Shown piece after piece: positions 49,135 to 58,934 of a stretch of 64,000 bases of DNA (the first letter of the stretch is position 1; every line of letters begins with the position of its first letter). The notes beneath the pieces are model-generated. The model was not told where the DNA came from and did no database searches. It saw only the letters and a list, made by a program, of their open reading frames with translations. Source of the stretch: a virus (taxonomy: Duplodnaviria > Heunggongvirae > Uroviricota > Caudoviricetes); the IMG/VR virus record IMGVR_UViG_3300000976_000008, positions 303,223-367,222 of that record; one strand, given 5' to 3'. The translations under genes and the position numbers were made by a program.

Positions 49135-49740
49135 ATGGCAAAAACCATCACCGACACTACTATGAGGGGCAGTGGGATGACCTTTGCCTTTGATGATGGG
49201 TCCGTCTCTGAAGTTATCTTCCAATGGGATAATGATAAGAAGCAATTTGTAATATTAGGAGCAAGAGACGATGAAGAATTAAATTGTATCAAGGCATTTC
49301 TAAGAGAAGAGAATATCAACCTTCATGTTATAGAAGGAATTGATCTTGAGAATAATAGCACTGGTGGAACAGGGTCTGGAAATATAGGAGATCTGAACAA
49401 TCTCACTACGACTGACAAAACTAGTGCTGTCAATGCCATAAATGAGGTTAATGGGAATATTGGCAATCTAGCCAATTTAACGACTACAGATAAGTCGAAT
49501 CTTGTCAATGCTCTCAATGAAGTGAAAGCAATTGCCGAAGCAGCCACTTCCAATTTTCAGTTTACACAATCAACACCAATATCACCTTGGAATGTTAACC
49601 ATAATCTAGGTTATAGACCAACTGTCGCTATTTATAATCCTGGCGGTAAAGAAGTGATGGCAGAAGTTTTGCACATTTCAGCTAATCAAACAATGATTTA
49701 TTTTGATCTTCCTTTTTCTGGTTTCGCAACATTCACTTGA
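49135..49740 (+). CDS. short fibre / virion protein
   Basis: Start MAKTIT at 49135 (GAGG RBS); IG.L.NLTTTDK...VNA.NEV x2; C-terminal W.V.HNLG..P.V motif. Confidence 0.75.
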   Translation: MAKTITDTTMRGSGMTFAFDDGSVSEVIFQWDNDKKQFVILGARDDEELNCIKAFLREENINLHVIEGIDLENNSTGGTGSGNIGDLNNLTTTDKTSAVNAINEVNGNIGNLANLTTTDKSNLVNALNEVKAIAEAATSNFQFTQSTPISPWNVNHNLGYRPTVAIYNPGGKEVMAEVLHISANQTMIYFDLPFSGFATFT

Positions 49741-49830
49741 TGAAACCGAAGAGTTAAGAATTCAAAAATATTAATCAAACTTTAATTTAAGCCAGTCTTT
49801 ATTCATTAACCTACAAAGGGAACCTCGGAT

Positions 49831-50619
49831 ATGTTAGATGTCCAAAGAACGCTTGATTTTGGCAACTCGCGGAGGATTGTGAATCTTCCCGATGGTATCG
49901 ATGGCCAGCATCCGGCAACAGTGGCTCAGCTTAACGCTGCTGTTGAAGGAATTGGTTGGAAGGATTCAGTTGTTGCAGCAACCGTTTCCAATATCGACAT
50001 CAGCACACCTGGTGCCACAATCGACGGAATCACAATGGCTTCTGGTGACAGAGTCCTAGTGAAAGATCAAACGACGACGAGTGAAAACGGAATCTACATC
50101 TGGAATGGTGCTGCGGCAGCCATGACCAGAGCTGATGATGGAAGCACATCGGACGAACTCGAAGCAGCAATTATTTCTGTCGAAGAAGGAACCAATGGTG
50201 GTTCTAACTTCCGTCAGACGCAAGTGAACTTTGTACTGGACACTGATCCAGTAATCTTCACAACATTCGCTGCAGCAGTTCCACCAGCAACAGAAACAAC
50301 TGCCGGTATCGCAGAAATCGCGACACAGGTCGAAACTGACGCTGGAACAGATGACGTAACAATCGTTACTCCTCTGAAACTCGCAGAATCACCTTGGGCC
50401 AAACGACAAGTTACCCAAGCGATTGGCGACGGTTCAGCTACTTCTTACGCTGTGACCCACAACTTGGATACTCGCGATGTTTCAGTCGTGTGTTATCGAA
50501 ACAGTGGTAATTTCGATGACGTACTAGTTGAAGTTCAAAGAACTAGCGTCAACGTAGTAACTATTTTGTTCGATGATCCACCAGCATCAAATGCATTCCA
50601 AGTAGTTGTGCGAGCATAA
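49831..50619 (+). CDS. virion structural / fibre protein
   Basis: WKDSV.AAT..NI.....TIDG.....GDRVLVKDQT..SENGIY, ATETTAGIAEIATQ.E, THNL.T.DV.V: common phage fibre motifs. Confidence 0.75.
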   Translation: MLDVQRTLDFGNSRRIVNLPDGIDGQHPATVAQLNAAVEGIGWKDSVVAATVSNIDISTPGATIDGITMASGDRVLVKDQTTTSENGIYIWNGAAAAMTRADDGSTSDELEAAIISVEEGTNGGSNFRQTQVNFVLDTDPVIFTTFAAAVPPATETTAGIAEIATQVETDAGTDDVTIVTPLKLAESPWAKRQVTQAIGDGSATSYAVTHNLDTRDVSVVCYRNSGNFDDVLVEVQRTSVNVVTILFDDPPASNAFQVVVRA

Positions 50620-51191
50620 TGGTAATTGAGAGCCACAGGCAGATAGTCCGTGCCAAGGATGGCAATAAGGCATTCAATGACCTCGTTTATCCTGTATCTG
50701 GCCAATGGGCCTTGCAGAATAACGAGGTCAATGGATGGGGCCTGTTGGGTCCGTACGACAATACCAATAGTCAAGACTTAGGTAATTATACCAATTACCT
50801 AAGTCTTAACCCCCAACAACTAGGAGGGTTTAGATTTCCCTTTGATGTCGATTTTATTGAACTCGACATCATATACCGAATCAACAACAATAATACCCAA
50901 GATTGGAAATGGTTAATCTACACTCAAGAGAAAACCATTGCCTCAACAACTCGCAGCACAGAATTAATATACGATGGGCCTCTAGGAATTATTGCGACAC
51001 CAACACAATACCAACAAACAACAATCACTGCAGCTGACCTCACGTTAGCTTATCTCCCAGCGGGTCAATTCTTCTGCTTAGCAGCCGGAACACCGTCACA
51101 AGTCGCCAATAGAAATATTCAAATCTATGGCGGAAGCATAGTATTTAGGAAAAACGAGGAAGGTCCACCACCTCCCGTCTTCCCGATTTAG
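50619..51191 (+). CDS. hypothetical (likely virion) protein
   Basis: 190 aa, TAATG overlap. Confidence 0.6.
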   Translation: MVIESHRQIVRAKDGNKAFNDLVYPVSGQWALQNNEVNGWGLLGPYDNTNSQDLGNYTNYLSLNPQQLGGFRFPFDVDFIELDIIYRINNNNTQDWKWLIYTQEKTIASTTRSTELIYDGPLGIIATPTQYQQTTITAADLTLAYLPAGQFFCLAAGTPSQVANRNIQIYGGSIVFRKNEEGPPPPVFPI

Positions 51192-51199
51192 GATTCATC

Positions 51200-52009
51200 A
51201 TGGCCAAATCAATCTCACTAGCTGAAAAACTAAATAACGTTCTCAAAGCAGATCCAGTTGTTGAAGAAATAGAATCACTCCTTGAGACAACAGAATCTTT
51301 AGGAATGTTCAACAGCAGTCATGATTTGAAGTCATACGTTACTGAAGGTGCACTACTCAACATCGGTAAAATTAGTGCTCAAGCATTATCACTACCTCAT
51401 GGAGAGTACATGGTAATGGCTACAGATGCTGGTCATACAATGCTTCTCCCAATTGGTTCCTCAGAACCTTCTACGGAAGTGTTCGAATCACTCGAAAACG
51501 AATTCGAAGTCCTCACTCCAAGCCTAATCCAAGGTTGGCAGAACATCGAAAAAGTGCTTGCTGAAAGAGCAATGCAACCACAATCAGATGTTGAAGGAGA
51601 AGAAAACGGAGGAGAGGAATCTGACGGAGATCAGCCAGGCACCTTCCAAACAAGAATCCAAGCTGGAAGCGTTGACAGAAGCCCGATGCACCGATCAATG
51701 GAGCAACAAGGGCATACAGTTACTTCACTCGCCCAAGCTACGGGAGTGCAGCCGCCAGCCATTTCAAGACTCCTTCGAACACCAAAAGATCGTCAAGGCG
51801 ATCCAGGTGGTAGGAATCCAAGCATCGGACTCGCTAGTAGAGTTGCCAATGCACTTCGAATGGATGTAGAATCATTATTCCCCGACATTTTCGCTGCACC
51901 TAAGAGTCAAGTCGGTGCAAAAGAAGTTAAGGGAAATAGAGGAAGTGGTACTGGAACCACTGGTCGAAAAGGTAAAGCCACTGATAAGTGGACTCAAGGT
52001 GCAAATTGA
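51200..52009 (+). CDS. protein with C-terminal Xre-type HTH
   Basis: GHTVTSLAQATGVQPPAISRLL...RNPSIGLASRVANALRMDVESLF. Confidence 0.75.
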   Translation: MAKSISLAEKLNNVLKADPVVEEIESLLETTESLGMFNSSHDLKSYVTEGALLNIGKISAQALSLPHGEYMVMATDAGHTMLLPIGSSEPSTEVFESLENEFEVLTPSLIQGWQNIEKVLAERAMQPQSDVEGEENGGEESDGDQPGTFQTRIQAGSVDRSPMHRSMEQQGHTVTSLAQATGVQPPAISRLLRTPKDRQGDPGGRNPSIGLASRVANALRMDVESLFPDIFAAPKSQVGAKEVKGNRGSGTGTTGRKGKATDKWTQGAN

Positions 52010-52407
52010 GAATTATAGTTGAAGACATCGCTCAGTTTCTTACTGAAGATCCTGATATCTTCTTGGAGATGGACGCTCCAATTGATTCACCCATCGATGG
52101 CCCACCTAAAATGCCGGAGCCTGCCGATGCATTATCTAACGCAGATATAGAGAAATCTGCGGATGAGATGGCTGGATCTACGAAACCAACGGATACTAGG
52201 GGCATTGCTGACGATCTAGAGACTTCCCAAGAACTCGAAGATACTCTTCGCCAGCAACAACGAGATGAATTGGCTCCTCAGTTGGATCAAGCGGATGAGT
52301 TGTCTCAAGGACTTGGTGATTCTTTAGCACAAGTGCAGCAACAAACCAATCCACTCAATACCCAACTGAACGCTCTACAGAGCCTCTTACGTGGTTTGGG
52401 GACTTAG
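51988..52407 (+). CDS. acidic coiled-coil hypothetical protein
   Basis: 139 aa, D/E/Q-rich. Confidence 0.6.
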   Translation: MDSRCKLRIIVEDIAQFLTEDPDIFLEMDAPIDSPIDGPPKMPEPADALSNADIEKSADEMAGSTKPTDTRGIADDLETSQELEDTLRQQQRDELAPQLDQADELSQGLGDSLAQVQQQTNPLNTQLNALQSLLRGLGT

Positions 52408-52635
52408 TCTAATTCTATAGACTTGATGCTTGTCAATAAATAATTGTAGTCCGTCACACGTATCGCCGACGTTCATAATTATTTCTCTACCACAACCGAA
52501 TACTTCTGTCATTTGAATAACAGTCGGTTGCCCATACCTCTTGACGAAATTCCTTATATCTCGTTCAAGTTCTGACCATCTCCCAGCTTCTTGAAGCTGC
52601 TTCTTCAGTTCATCGTCGATCATAGCATCATCCAA
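52387..52635 (-). CDS. hypothetical protein
   Basis: 82 aa, overlaps the sigma gene stop. Confidence 0.55.
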   Translation of the reverse strand: MDDAMIDDELKKQLQEAGRWSELERDIRNFVKRYGQPTVIQMTEVFGCGREIIMNVGDTCDGLQLFIDKHQVYRIRLSPQTT

Positions 52636-53500
52636 TCGGTTCTTTGAGTACCTTCTCGAAGCCGACTAAGGTTTCGAGAATATTGGTGGAAGTCGCCCCA
52701 CCTTTTCCGGACAAATTCCTTTTTGCTTTCTTCTTCGCTTCAAATTCAATTTGGCGTATCCGTTCCCTGGATACGCCGAAATCATTTCCTATTTGTTCTA
52801 ATGTTTCTCCATCAAATCGACGTTGCAAAATTTCCGATGATCTCTCATTGAGACCAAACCAAGCAATTCTCTTCATCTCGTCAAAAAGTAAATTCGCACC
52901 ATGATCTTGGTGATATCCCTTTTCAGGAATCCATACTTTATTATTCCTACCTGTCATAAATAATGACTTAGAAGTACACTTGATCGCGTGCAATGTCGAG
53001 ATTGGGATATCTAAATCTTCAGCCCATTCCTTCTCAGTAGGGGGCCTACTATATTCATGGGAGATCTTAGCATACGATCGCCGTGCTTTCTCTTGAAGAA
53101 GAGAAATCGAAACAGATCCGAATTCGTTATCTGTTTCGAGGCAATACCTACGCATTCTTCTCTTAATGGCAACATAAGAATATGTCGAAAACTTATAGCC
53201 ATAAGAGGAATCGTAATAAGCGATAGCAGACATTAGTCCAAGGAATCCTTCTTGGAGGCAGTCTTCAGAATCATTTCGTCGCTTGCAGAAATTATACCTT
53301 GTCCAGATATGGACAACTAACCCTACATGTCTTTTGACGAGTTCATTCCTGATCCTATACCAATCATTGGTTGGGGTCTTGTCTTCGGTTTCATCCGCAG
53401 GTTCTTCTAGGGACATGAACTCAAAAAGCTCAATATCATCCCATCCAAGATACCGGGGGGATGGTCGAAGAAAATCAAAATTGCTCAGTATAGAATCCAT
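52628..53500 (-). CDS. sigma-70 family RNA polymerase sigma factor
   Basis: Region 2: RNELVKRHVGLV...DCLQEGFLGL.SA...YD...GYKFSTY. Region 3: RPPTEKEWAEDL. Region 4: TLEQIG..FGVSRERIRQIE. Confidence 0.92.
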   Translation of the reverse strand: MDSILSNFDFLRPSPRYLGWDDIELFEFMSLEEPADETEDKTPTNDWYRIRNELVKRHVGLVVHIWTRYNFCKRRNDSEDCLQEGFLGLMSAIAYYDSSYGYKFSTYSYVAIKRRMRRYCLETDNEFGSVSISLLQEKARRSYAKISHEYSRPPTEKEWAEDLDIPISTLHAIKCTSKSLFMTGRNNKVWIPEKGYHQDHGANLLFDEMKRIAWFGLNERSSEILQRRFDGETLEQIGNDFGVSRERIRQIEFEAKKKAKRNLSGKGGATSTNILETLVGFEKVLKEPIG

Positions 53501-53518
53501 TCACGTCTTTCTACATTT

Positions 53519-53767
53519 CTAAGTCCATCTTAGAGAACGCAGAACCTTGCTCAATAGATCATCGGGATCATCGCAATCAATTTTCACCATCTTATCAGAC
53601 CTTCTGAAACAGATCTGGACATGTCGATTATGATCAGAGATTTTTCCAACAATAGTTGCGGAGGCAATTGCTCTGCATCTAATGCCGGAATATACTTTCC
53701 CGTCGACTTCAATAATTAGAAATCTACGGAAACCCCTGCGAACGACCTTGGCAGAACTTGCAATCAT
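53519..53767 (-). CDS. hypothetical protein
   Basis: 82 aa, AAGGA RBS. Confidence 0.55.
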   Translation of the reverse strand: MIASSAKVVRRGFRRFLIIEVDGKVYSGIRCRAIASATIVGKISDHNRHVQICFRRSDKMVKIDCDDPDDLLSKVLRSLRWT

Positions 53768-53943
53768 TTTTGTTCCTTTTCACCACCAAATACTTTATTT
53801 TTAGTTTGTTGGTTGGTGATTAACCATACAAGGTCTTTGAGTGGCTTACCCTCCCCTATTCCTAAAAGTATGGTACCCGTCGCCCATGCATTGAATTCGC
53901 GAAAATCCATGTCGATTGCGAGTTTGGTAGTAGGATCGCTCAT
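53764..53943 (-). CDS. small hypothetical protein (59 aa)
   Basis: Manual translation MSDPTTKLAIDMDFREFNAWATGTILLGIGEGKPLKDLVWLITNQQTKNKVFGGEKEQK*; AGGAG RBS; ATGA overlap with the next gene. Confidence 0.6.
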   Translation of the reverse strand: MSDPTTKLAIDMDFREFNAWATGTILLGIGEGKPLKDLVWLITNQQTKNKVFGGEKEQK

Positions 53944-53994
53944 ACATATCTCCTAGATTCTTCTTTGGCTTCCCTCGGCCTTGAAGATGGAGAC

Positions 53995-54588
53995 TTAAGG
54001 GTTGCCGGGCAATTTGGCAAGAAGCTCTTCAAGGTCATTCTTGACGCCTTTGAGGTCAAATTCCCCCAATGGGCTAGTGACGATCTCAGGTGCCGGGCCA
54101 TCATGATTGAAAGTACGAAGGGCACCATAAATATCCTCAATTACCTGGTGGGCATGCATTCGACCACCAGCGAGACGCATGAATTGGATAGTAATTCCAA
54201 ACATCGCCATAGGATGCAGATCAGCCATAGGACCATGCACACGACCCTGCTCTTGAGCCTGCTTGATTGTTGCTTCGATGTTGTAAACGGCTTGACCAGT
54301 GCCATCCAACTTATCGAGAACATCGCGGATATCATTACGATCGTCAGTCACTCCATCTTTGGGGAATCCGGGTGGTTTTCCCACAGGTGGATTTGGTGGC
54401 TGATTTGCTGGTGGATTTCCAGCAAATACAATATCCAACCCCTTATTCTTGATGCGTGTCACTTGAGCATTCAAGATTCCATCACTCAAACCGAGTTCTT
54501 GCTTGATAGAATCTCTGGATTTACCAGAGGTAGCAAGATCCCAGATTGATCGTTGAGCCGGGCTTAAAGATGATGCTATAGAATTCAT
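53995..54588 (-). CDS. protein with N-terminal LuxR/sigma4-like HTH
   Basis: LSPAQRSIWDLATSGKSRDSIKQELGLSDGILNAQVTRIKNK, then a Pro-rich linker. Confidence 0.65.
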   Translation of the reverse strand: MNSIASSLSPAQRSIWDLATSGKSRDSIKQELGLSDGILNAQVTRIKNKGLDIVFAGNPPANQPPNPPVGKPPGFPKDGVTDDRNDIRDVLDKLDGTGQAVYNIEATIKQAQEQGRVHGPMADLHPMAMFGITIQFMRLAGGRMHAHQVIEDIYGALRTFNHDGPAPEIVTSPLGEFDLKGVKNDLEELLAKLPGNP

Positions 54589-54630
54589 TGGTTCACCGTG
54601 TTTGTTAGATCGATTATTAGGATCGATTGA

Positions 54631-55794
54631 TTATTTTGAGTCTGTTTCAGCCTTCACTTCTTCAACTGCTTCCTTAATGAAGTGGCCTTTGAAGCTATCG
54701 AATTCGTCACAAGATCCTTCGAGATCATATTCGCCGTTGAGCATGCTCCCGACCCAAGCTTGCAATTTGCGAGCATTGTAAGTGGTCAAGTTGTGTGTTG
54801 ACATTTCGGTTGCGAAATTCATCATGTCATAGACACGACATTGAACCGGCAACGCAGTCTGTCGCTTGTCACTGAGGACATTTGGATCACGCTGGTAAAG
54901 TTCGAATGGATTTCCGGTCATTCCCTCATATTGCTTCATGAGGATTTGGCCAGCGGAAGCATTTCCCCCACCGAGTTTCTGGTTAAGCTTCTTATCACCT
55001 TGGACACCAAGAAGCAATTTGTAAAGTTGTTGTTGTTCCCGGAGACTCGCCCAAGATTTTGCACCAGATTCGAATCGTTCACGAAGAACAGCATACCCCT
55101 CATCGTTGTTGAACGAATCAAGAGTACGGCCAAGGGTGAAATCGATATTGTCACCGCCAGCACCAAGAGCCAAGGTAGTTCTGAAACTTCTGGCGTAACC
55201 AACCATACCGTTAGAACAGATCTGACGAAGCAAAGAGAGGTAGACATTTGGTTGGCCGAAGCCATCGATCGGCGTATGCATCTCGAATTGGTTCTGGAAC
55301 GTATCTCCGGCCAACTCGAATTTCGATTTCCCAATTCGCGGTTGGTGCGTCGAAGTCACAACTCCATCGGCATATTTAATGCCCTCTTGGACATTGAATT
55401 TGTGCAGAAGTTCCATCAGATCGTCGTAAACAACCACTGGTTTGTTCAAACCAGTTGCAGCAAGCAGTTTCTTATCACCTGTTGATTTTCGCTCGATGCA
55501 AATTCGCACCATACCAGTAGGATCGACTTCCGCAACCCGTTGGAAAACTTCTTCGTACTCGAAGAATTTGAAGAAAGCTTTGTTGAGACCAAATCTGGAA
55601 TAAAGAGATGTCCAGAATCGTCCCGTTGGCTTGATCGATTCGCCGTCGATCACAATTCCACGCACTTTGCCGCCGTGGACGATGTAATCGGAACCTTGAG
55701 CAACTCCGCGAGCTTCTTTCGCATCCACTGAGACCAGGTCGAGTTCGATCTTCCCAATGGGGACATTCTTGTATTCAAAAGTTGTATCAGACAT
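54631..55794 (-). CDS. DUF932-like protein
   Basis: DGFG......LLRQICSNGMV resembles the DG...R.VC.NG signature; C-terminal YD..N.ATE...H. Confidence 0.65.
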   Translation of the reverse strand: MSDTTFEYKNVPIGKIELDLVSVDAKEARGVAQGSDYIVHGGKVRGIVIDGESIKPTGRFWTSLYSRFGLNKAFFKFFEYEEVFQRVAEVDPTGMVRICIERKSTGDKKLLAATGLNKPVVVYDDLMELLHKFNVQEGIKYADGVVTSTHQPRIGKSKFELAGDTFQNQFEMHTPIDGFGQPNVYLSLLRQICSNGMVGYARSFRTTLALGAGGDNIDFTLGRTLDSFNNDEGYAVLRERFESGAKSWASLREQQQLYKLLLGVQGDKKLNQKLGGGNASAGQILMKQYEGMTGNPFELYQRDPNVLSDKRQTALPVQCRVYDMMNFATEMSTHNLTTYNARKLQAWVGSMLNGEYDLEGSCDEFDSFKGHFIKEAVEEVKAETDSK

Positions 55795-55936
55795 CTGTTC
55801 ACTTTCTCTGGGAGGTTGTTCTTGATTATATGTTGCAAGCTTGAAATGTTCGTTAAATCAAGCCTATATCCCCGGTATTATCTACCATCCCGGATACTTC
55901 TAATGACTATCAAATACATCAAGTCAACCATTGAGA

Positions 55937-56314
55937 TTACACTTTTACAGCTTTGCCAGTCGTAGAGTCGAGGATATATCTAGATTCATCCTTGATTGAG
56001 AAGAATTTTGGCCGCAGATCATACTTATCAAGCCATCCAGACATAAGCATTTGTACAGCATTGTCTAACTCGTCTCTTTGTTTCCTGGTAGAATTATCCC
56101 AAGAATCAGCGTGGTCTCCACAATATTCATCTTGAGTGGAGACTAATTCTAGCCAATCATCGATATCCCAATAAGCTTCTGGTTGAGTAGGTGGCACACA
56201 TTCACCAACCCAGAAAGAGGAATAACCCTCTTCTTCACCTTTGGAAATGGCCTCATCTATAGTATGGAATGAGCCAAAGTATTTAGTAGCGTCTTCAGAA
56301 ATGGCAAATGGCAT
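55937..56314 (-). CDS. hypothetical phage protein
   Basis: 125 aa; F.T..EAI...FWVG...P...W......P.FF pattern seen in phage proteins (from memory). Confidence 0.65.
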   Translation of the reverse strand: MPFAISEDATKYFGSFHTIDEAISKGEEEGYSSFWVGECVPPTQPEAYWDIDDWLELVSTQDEYCGDHADSWDNSTRKQRDELDNAVQMLMSGWLDKYDLRPKFFSIKDESRYILDSTTGKAVKV

Positions 56315-56366
56315 TGATTTCCCTCGTTTTGCTCTATTAATACGTCAAGCAAAACGAATGTTAATC

Positions 56367-58025
56367 TTAACCCTGCCAAGTAGATCCATTGAAGAACATC
56401 AAACGAGTTCCATTGAACCAGAAATCACCAAATTGAGGATTTCTACCCATTAAAGCTCTCATCCGAGGTAGGATCTCATCATCATAAAATGTTGAAGAAT
56501 TCCCGACACTGGTCGAGTCAACCACAAGTTTAATCATCTTATGACCCAAAGCACCAGAGTATCCAAATCGATCAATCGAAGCATTTGGAGAAATCCCAAT
56601 AACTGCTTCCAAATCGATCTGATTACCCAGACCTTGGTCAGCTTCAGTAACATATCTATTATTGAAACCTGGATTAATTGGCGTGTCTAGCCTAGATGTG
56701 CTACCCAGCAAAGCGTGAGATTGACCAACAGTAGGAGTATACTTAGGAACTCTACTCAAACCAAAAGAACTAATCCGTGTCGAAGAAATACTGAAAGGAG
56801 TATCAGCAGGATCTTCAGCGATCGTATCAAATTCAGCAAAGAAATCTGCCACAGCACTAGTATTCTTATCCCATAGGGTCGATAAAACAACGTGGCCGCG
56901 ACCAAAATGTTGTTCGAAATCAGAAGCGTCACTACCAGTTTGGAGCAACAAATTCTCAGTTGGGACAATATCAACAATTTCTCCAGATGTGTAACTCAAA
57001 AGGAGATCTAAAGTAGCAAATTCAACAGGAACAGTGGATGGGGCACCCCCTGAACTTGAATCAGTAATATTGTAAGTCGCAAAATGCAACCTCAATTGAG
57101 TCGAACTGGTACCAATTCTTTCGACTCTTGAAACAAATACTGGGTAGTACAAGCCGCTCGAATCACCCGTAGGTTGATCACCAGCAGGAGCAGTCATATT
57201 GAATTCTCTGAACAATGCCGGAGGAATCACAATATTGTCAGAAGAAGTTCTATTTGCATCAGCACAGAATGGGTAGTTGACAGATGTCAACCAAGATTGA
57301 ATATCACTATCCAATTGAGGAATAGCAACCCATGAACTATCAGTCAGAAGACCAGTACCATGAGAGAAAACAACCGAAGCATAATCATCAGTAACTGCTG
57401 GACCACCCGCTACTGTGTCCGCAATTTCGTAAAGTGCTGGATTATCGTAAAATCCATCACTATTTGCATCTGATAGATCACTAGGCGGCTCTACAACGTC
57501 TAGAAAATCTCGAACACTATCCAAAGTCGTGTCAAGAGTTCGAAATGTGATGAAGCCAGAAACTGTTTCCGATTCACCAGAAGAAATTACTGTTGATTCT
57601 TCAGGCGAAGTAGCTACAACCAATCTTGAAGGTTGATAGGTTAAATCACTATCAATTTCGTAATCGGCGGTAAAGATTGCGACTTCCGTGGTAGAATTTT
57701 CAATGTTCGCCGTGAAAGTAAGTCGAAGCCAGCCATCATAACCAGCAGTTGGATCATTAAAGCCAGCAATTCTACGAATTTTGGCAAGTCTAAGATTTTC
57801 CCATCTTTTCGGGAGAGCTGCCTGCATATCCCAAATCCATTTGAGAGGCACATCGGCTACTCCAGTCCCAGAGGTAACTTGTGGCTGAATAAGATATGGA
57901 TACATTGCAGCATGGCCAAGGCTCAATTGCACCCCATCGAGTGCTTTGGCCAATACTAATTGCCGTACTACTATGTCTGCCATTGGGCGGTTCAGTGTTT
58001 CAAAGAACACTGGGTCCGTCATCAC
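56367..58025 (-). CDS. hypothetical (likely virion) protein
   Basis: 552 aa, S/T/D-rich; no recognised enzyme motif. Confidence 0.7.
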   Translation of the reverse strand: MMTDPVFFETLNRPMADIVVRQLVLAKALDGVQLSLGHAAMYPYLIQPQVTSGTGVADVPLKWIWDMQAALPKRWENLRLAKIRRIAGFNDPTAGYDGWLRLTFTANIENSTTEVAIFTADYEIDSDLTYQPSRLVVATSPEESTVISSGESETVSGFITFRTLDTTLDSVRDFLDVVEPPSDLSDANSDGFYDNPALYEIADTVAGGPAVTDDYASVVFSHGTGLLTDSSWVAIPQLDSDIQSWLTSVNYPFCADANRTSSDNIVIPPALFREFNMTAPAGDQPTGDSSGLYYPVFVSRVERIGTSSTQLRLHFATYNITDSSSGGAPSTVPVEFATLDLLLSYTSGEIVDIVPTENLLLQTGSDASDFEQHFGRGHVVLSTLWDKNTSAVADFFAEFDTIAEDPADTPFSISSTRISSFGLSRVPKYTPTVGQSHALLGSTSRLDTPINPGFNNRYVTEADQGLGNQIDLEAVIGISPNASIDRFGYSGALGHKMIKLVVDSTSVGNSSTFYDDEILPRMRALMGRNPQFGDFWFNGTRLMFFNGSTWQG

Positions 58026-58218
58026 AAGCCATCTGATATTGAGAGTTGTATCTCCTCCTACAAAACTGGAGAATATACTCCCAGGTGCTTTAGAAGGAAT
58101 GCTTGATGGTGATATAGTAGGGATGAGTCAATCCTCCGAAGCTTACAATCTATTCTACATGTTTAATTTTGCTTATATACCATTTTCCCAATTGGTGGGT
58201 AACTGATGCGGAAAGTAT

Positions 58219-58608
58219 TTGACAGAAATGGCCATCAATGCTAGAAAGCAGGAATTTGTATTTTCACATGATCCTGAATCATATGAAATATTTCTGAAGA
58301 AGCATTTCACACGGTATAAACCAACTTACTACTCAGTAGTATCTAAGGAAACAGTCGATACTGAAGATGGGGAGATGTACAGGCTAGAGATAGTCAAAAC
58401 TATTGAAGACCCCAGCTATGAGATAATTGCTGAATGCAGAATCAATAACCAGATGGTATATCTCTGGAATGATCATTGTTGGACATTGGCAACAGCAAAT
58501 GGAAAGCTTTTGATATCTAAAACGGTATCGATACCACATGTAGGTTCCAAAAAACCACTATCCGCGAAAATCGTCATTTATAGAGTAGGAATCGATAAAG
58601 TCGAATGA
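58219..58608 (+). CDS. hypothetical protein
   Basis: 129 aa, coupled to clpS. Confidence 0.6.
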   Translation: MTEMAINARKQEFVFSHDPESYEIFLKKHFTRYKPTYYSVVSKETVDTEDGEMYRLEIVKTIEDPSYEIIAECRINNQMVYLWNDHCWTLATANGKLLISKTVSIPHVGSKKPLSAKIVIYRVGIDKVE

Positions 58609-58934
58609 GCACAATAACTCTCGAACCACCTGAAGCAGTAACAGAGAAGCCCAAGAATAAAACTCAAAAGCCTTGGGCCGTCATTATTTCCGACGATGAC
58701 GAGCATACATATCAGTACGTCATAGAAGTGCTGAGGAAGGTATTTGGTTACGACGAAACCAAAAGCTTCAAGTATGCAGAAGAGATCGACACCAAAGGAA
58801 GAGCTATCGTCTGGTCCGGCACACGAGAAGTGGCAGAGCTAAAGAGGGACCAGGTTAAAGGTGGAGGAAAAGACTTCTACGCTGGCAAGCCAGTAGAATA
58901 CCCACTGGCTTGCCACATCGAAGAGATGCCTTAG
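58605..58934 (+). CDS. clpS: ATP-dependent Clp protease adaptor ClpS
   Basis: W.VII.DDDEHTYQYVIEVLRKVFG...A.EID..GRAIV..G..EVAELK; C-terminal PL.C.IE. Confidence 0.9.
   Translation: MSTITLEPPEAVTEKPKNKTQKPWAVIISDDDEHTYQYVIEVLRKVFGYDETKSFKYAEEIDTKGRAIVWSGTREVAELKRDQVKGGGKDFYAGKPVEYPLACHIEEMP

Noticed and set aside
53965-54549. 194-aa plus-strand ORF
   Set aside because: Antisense to the HTH gene that fits the minus-strand run; no recognisable features.
54841-55485. 214-aa plus-strand ORF
   Set aside because: Antisense shadow of the DUF932-like gene; no motif.
3101-58221. Recurring CAAATA(C/T) / GTATTTG as a phage late-promoter motif (e.g. 3101, 3439, 8081, 36522, 55911, 58215)
   Set aside because: Orientation relative to genes is inconsistent, one copy (~53789) lies inside a coding frame, and the motif is short in AT-rich DNA. 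It needs a proper motif-enrichment test.
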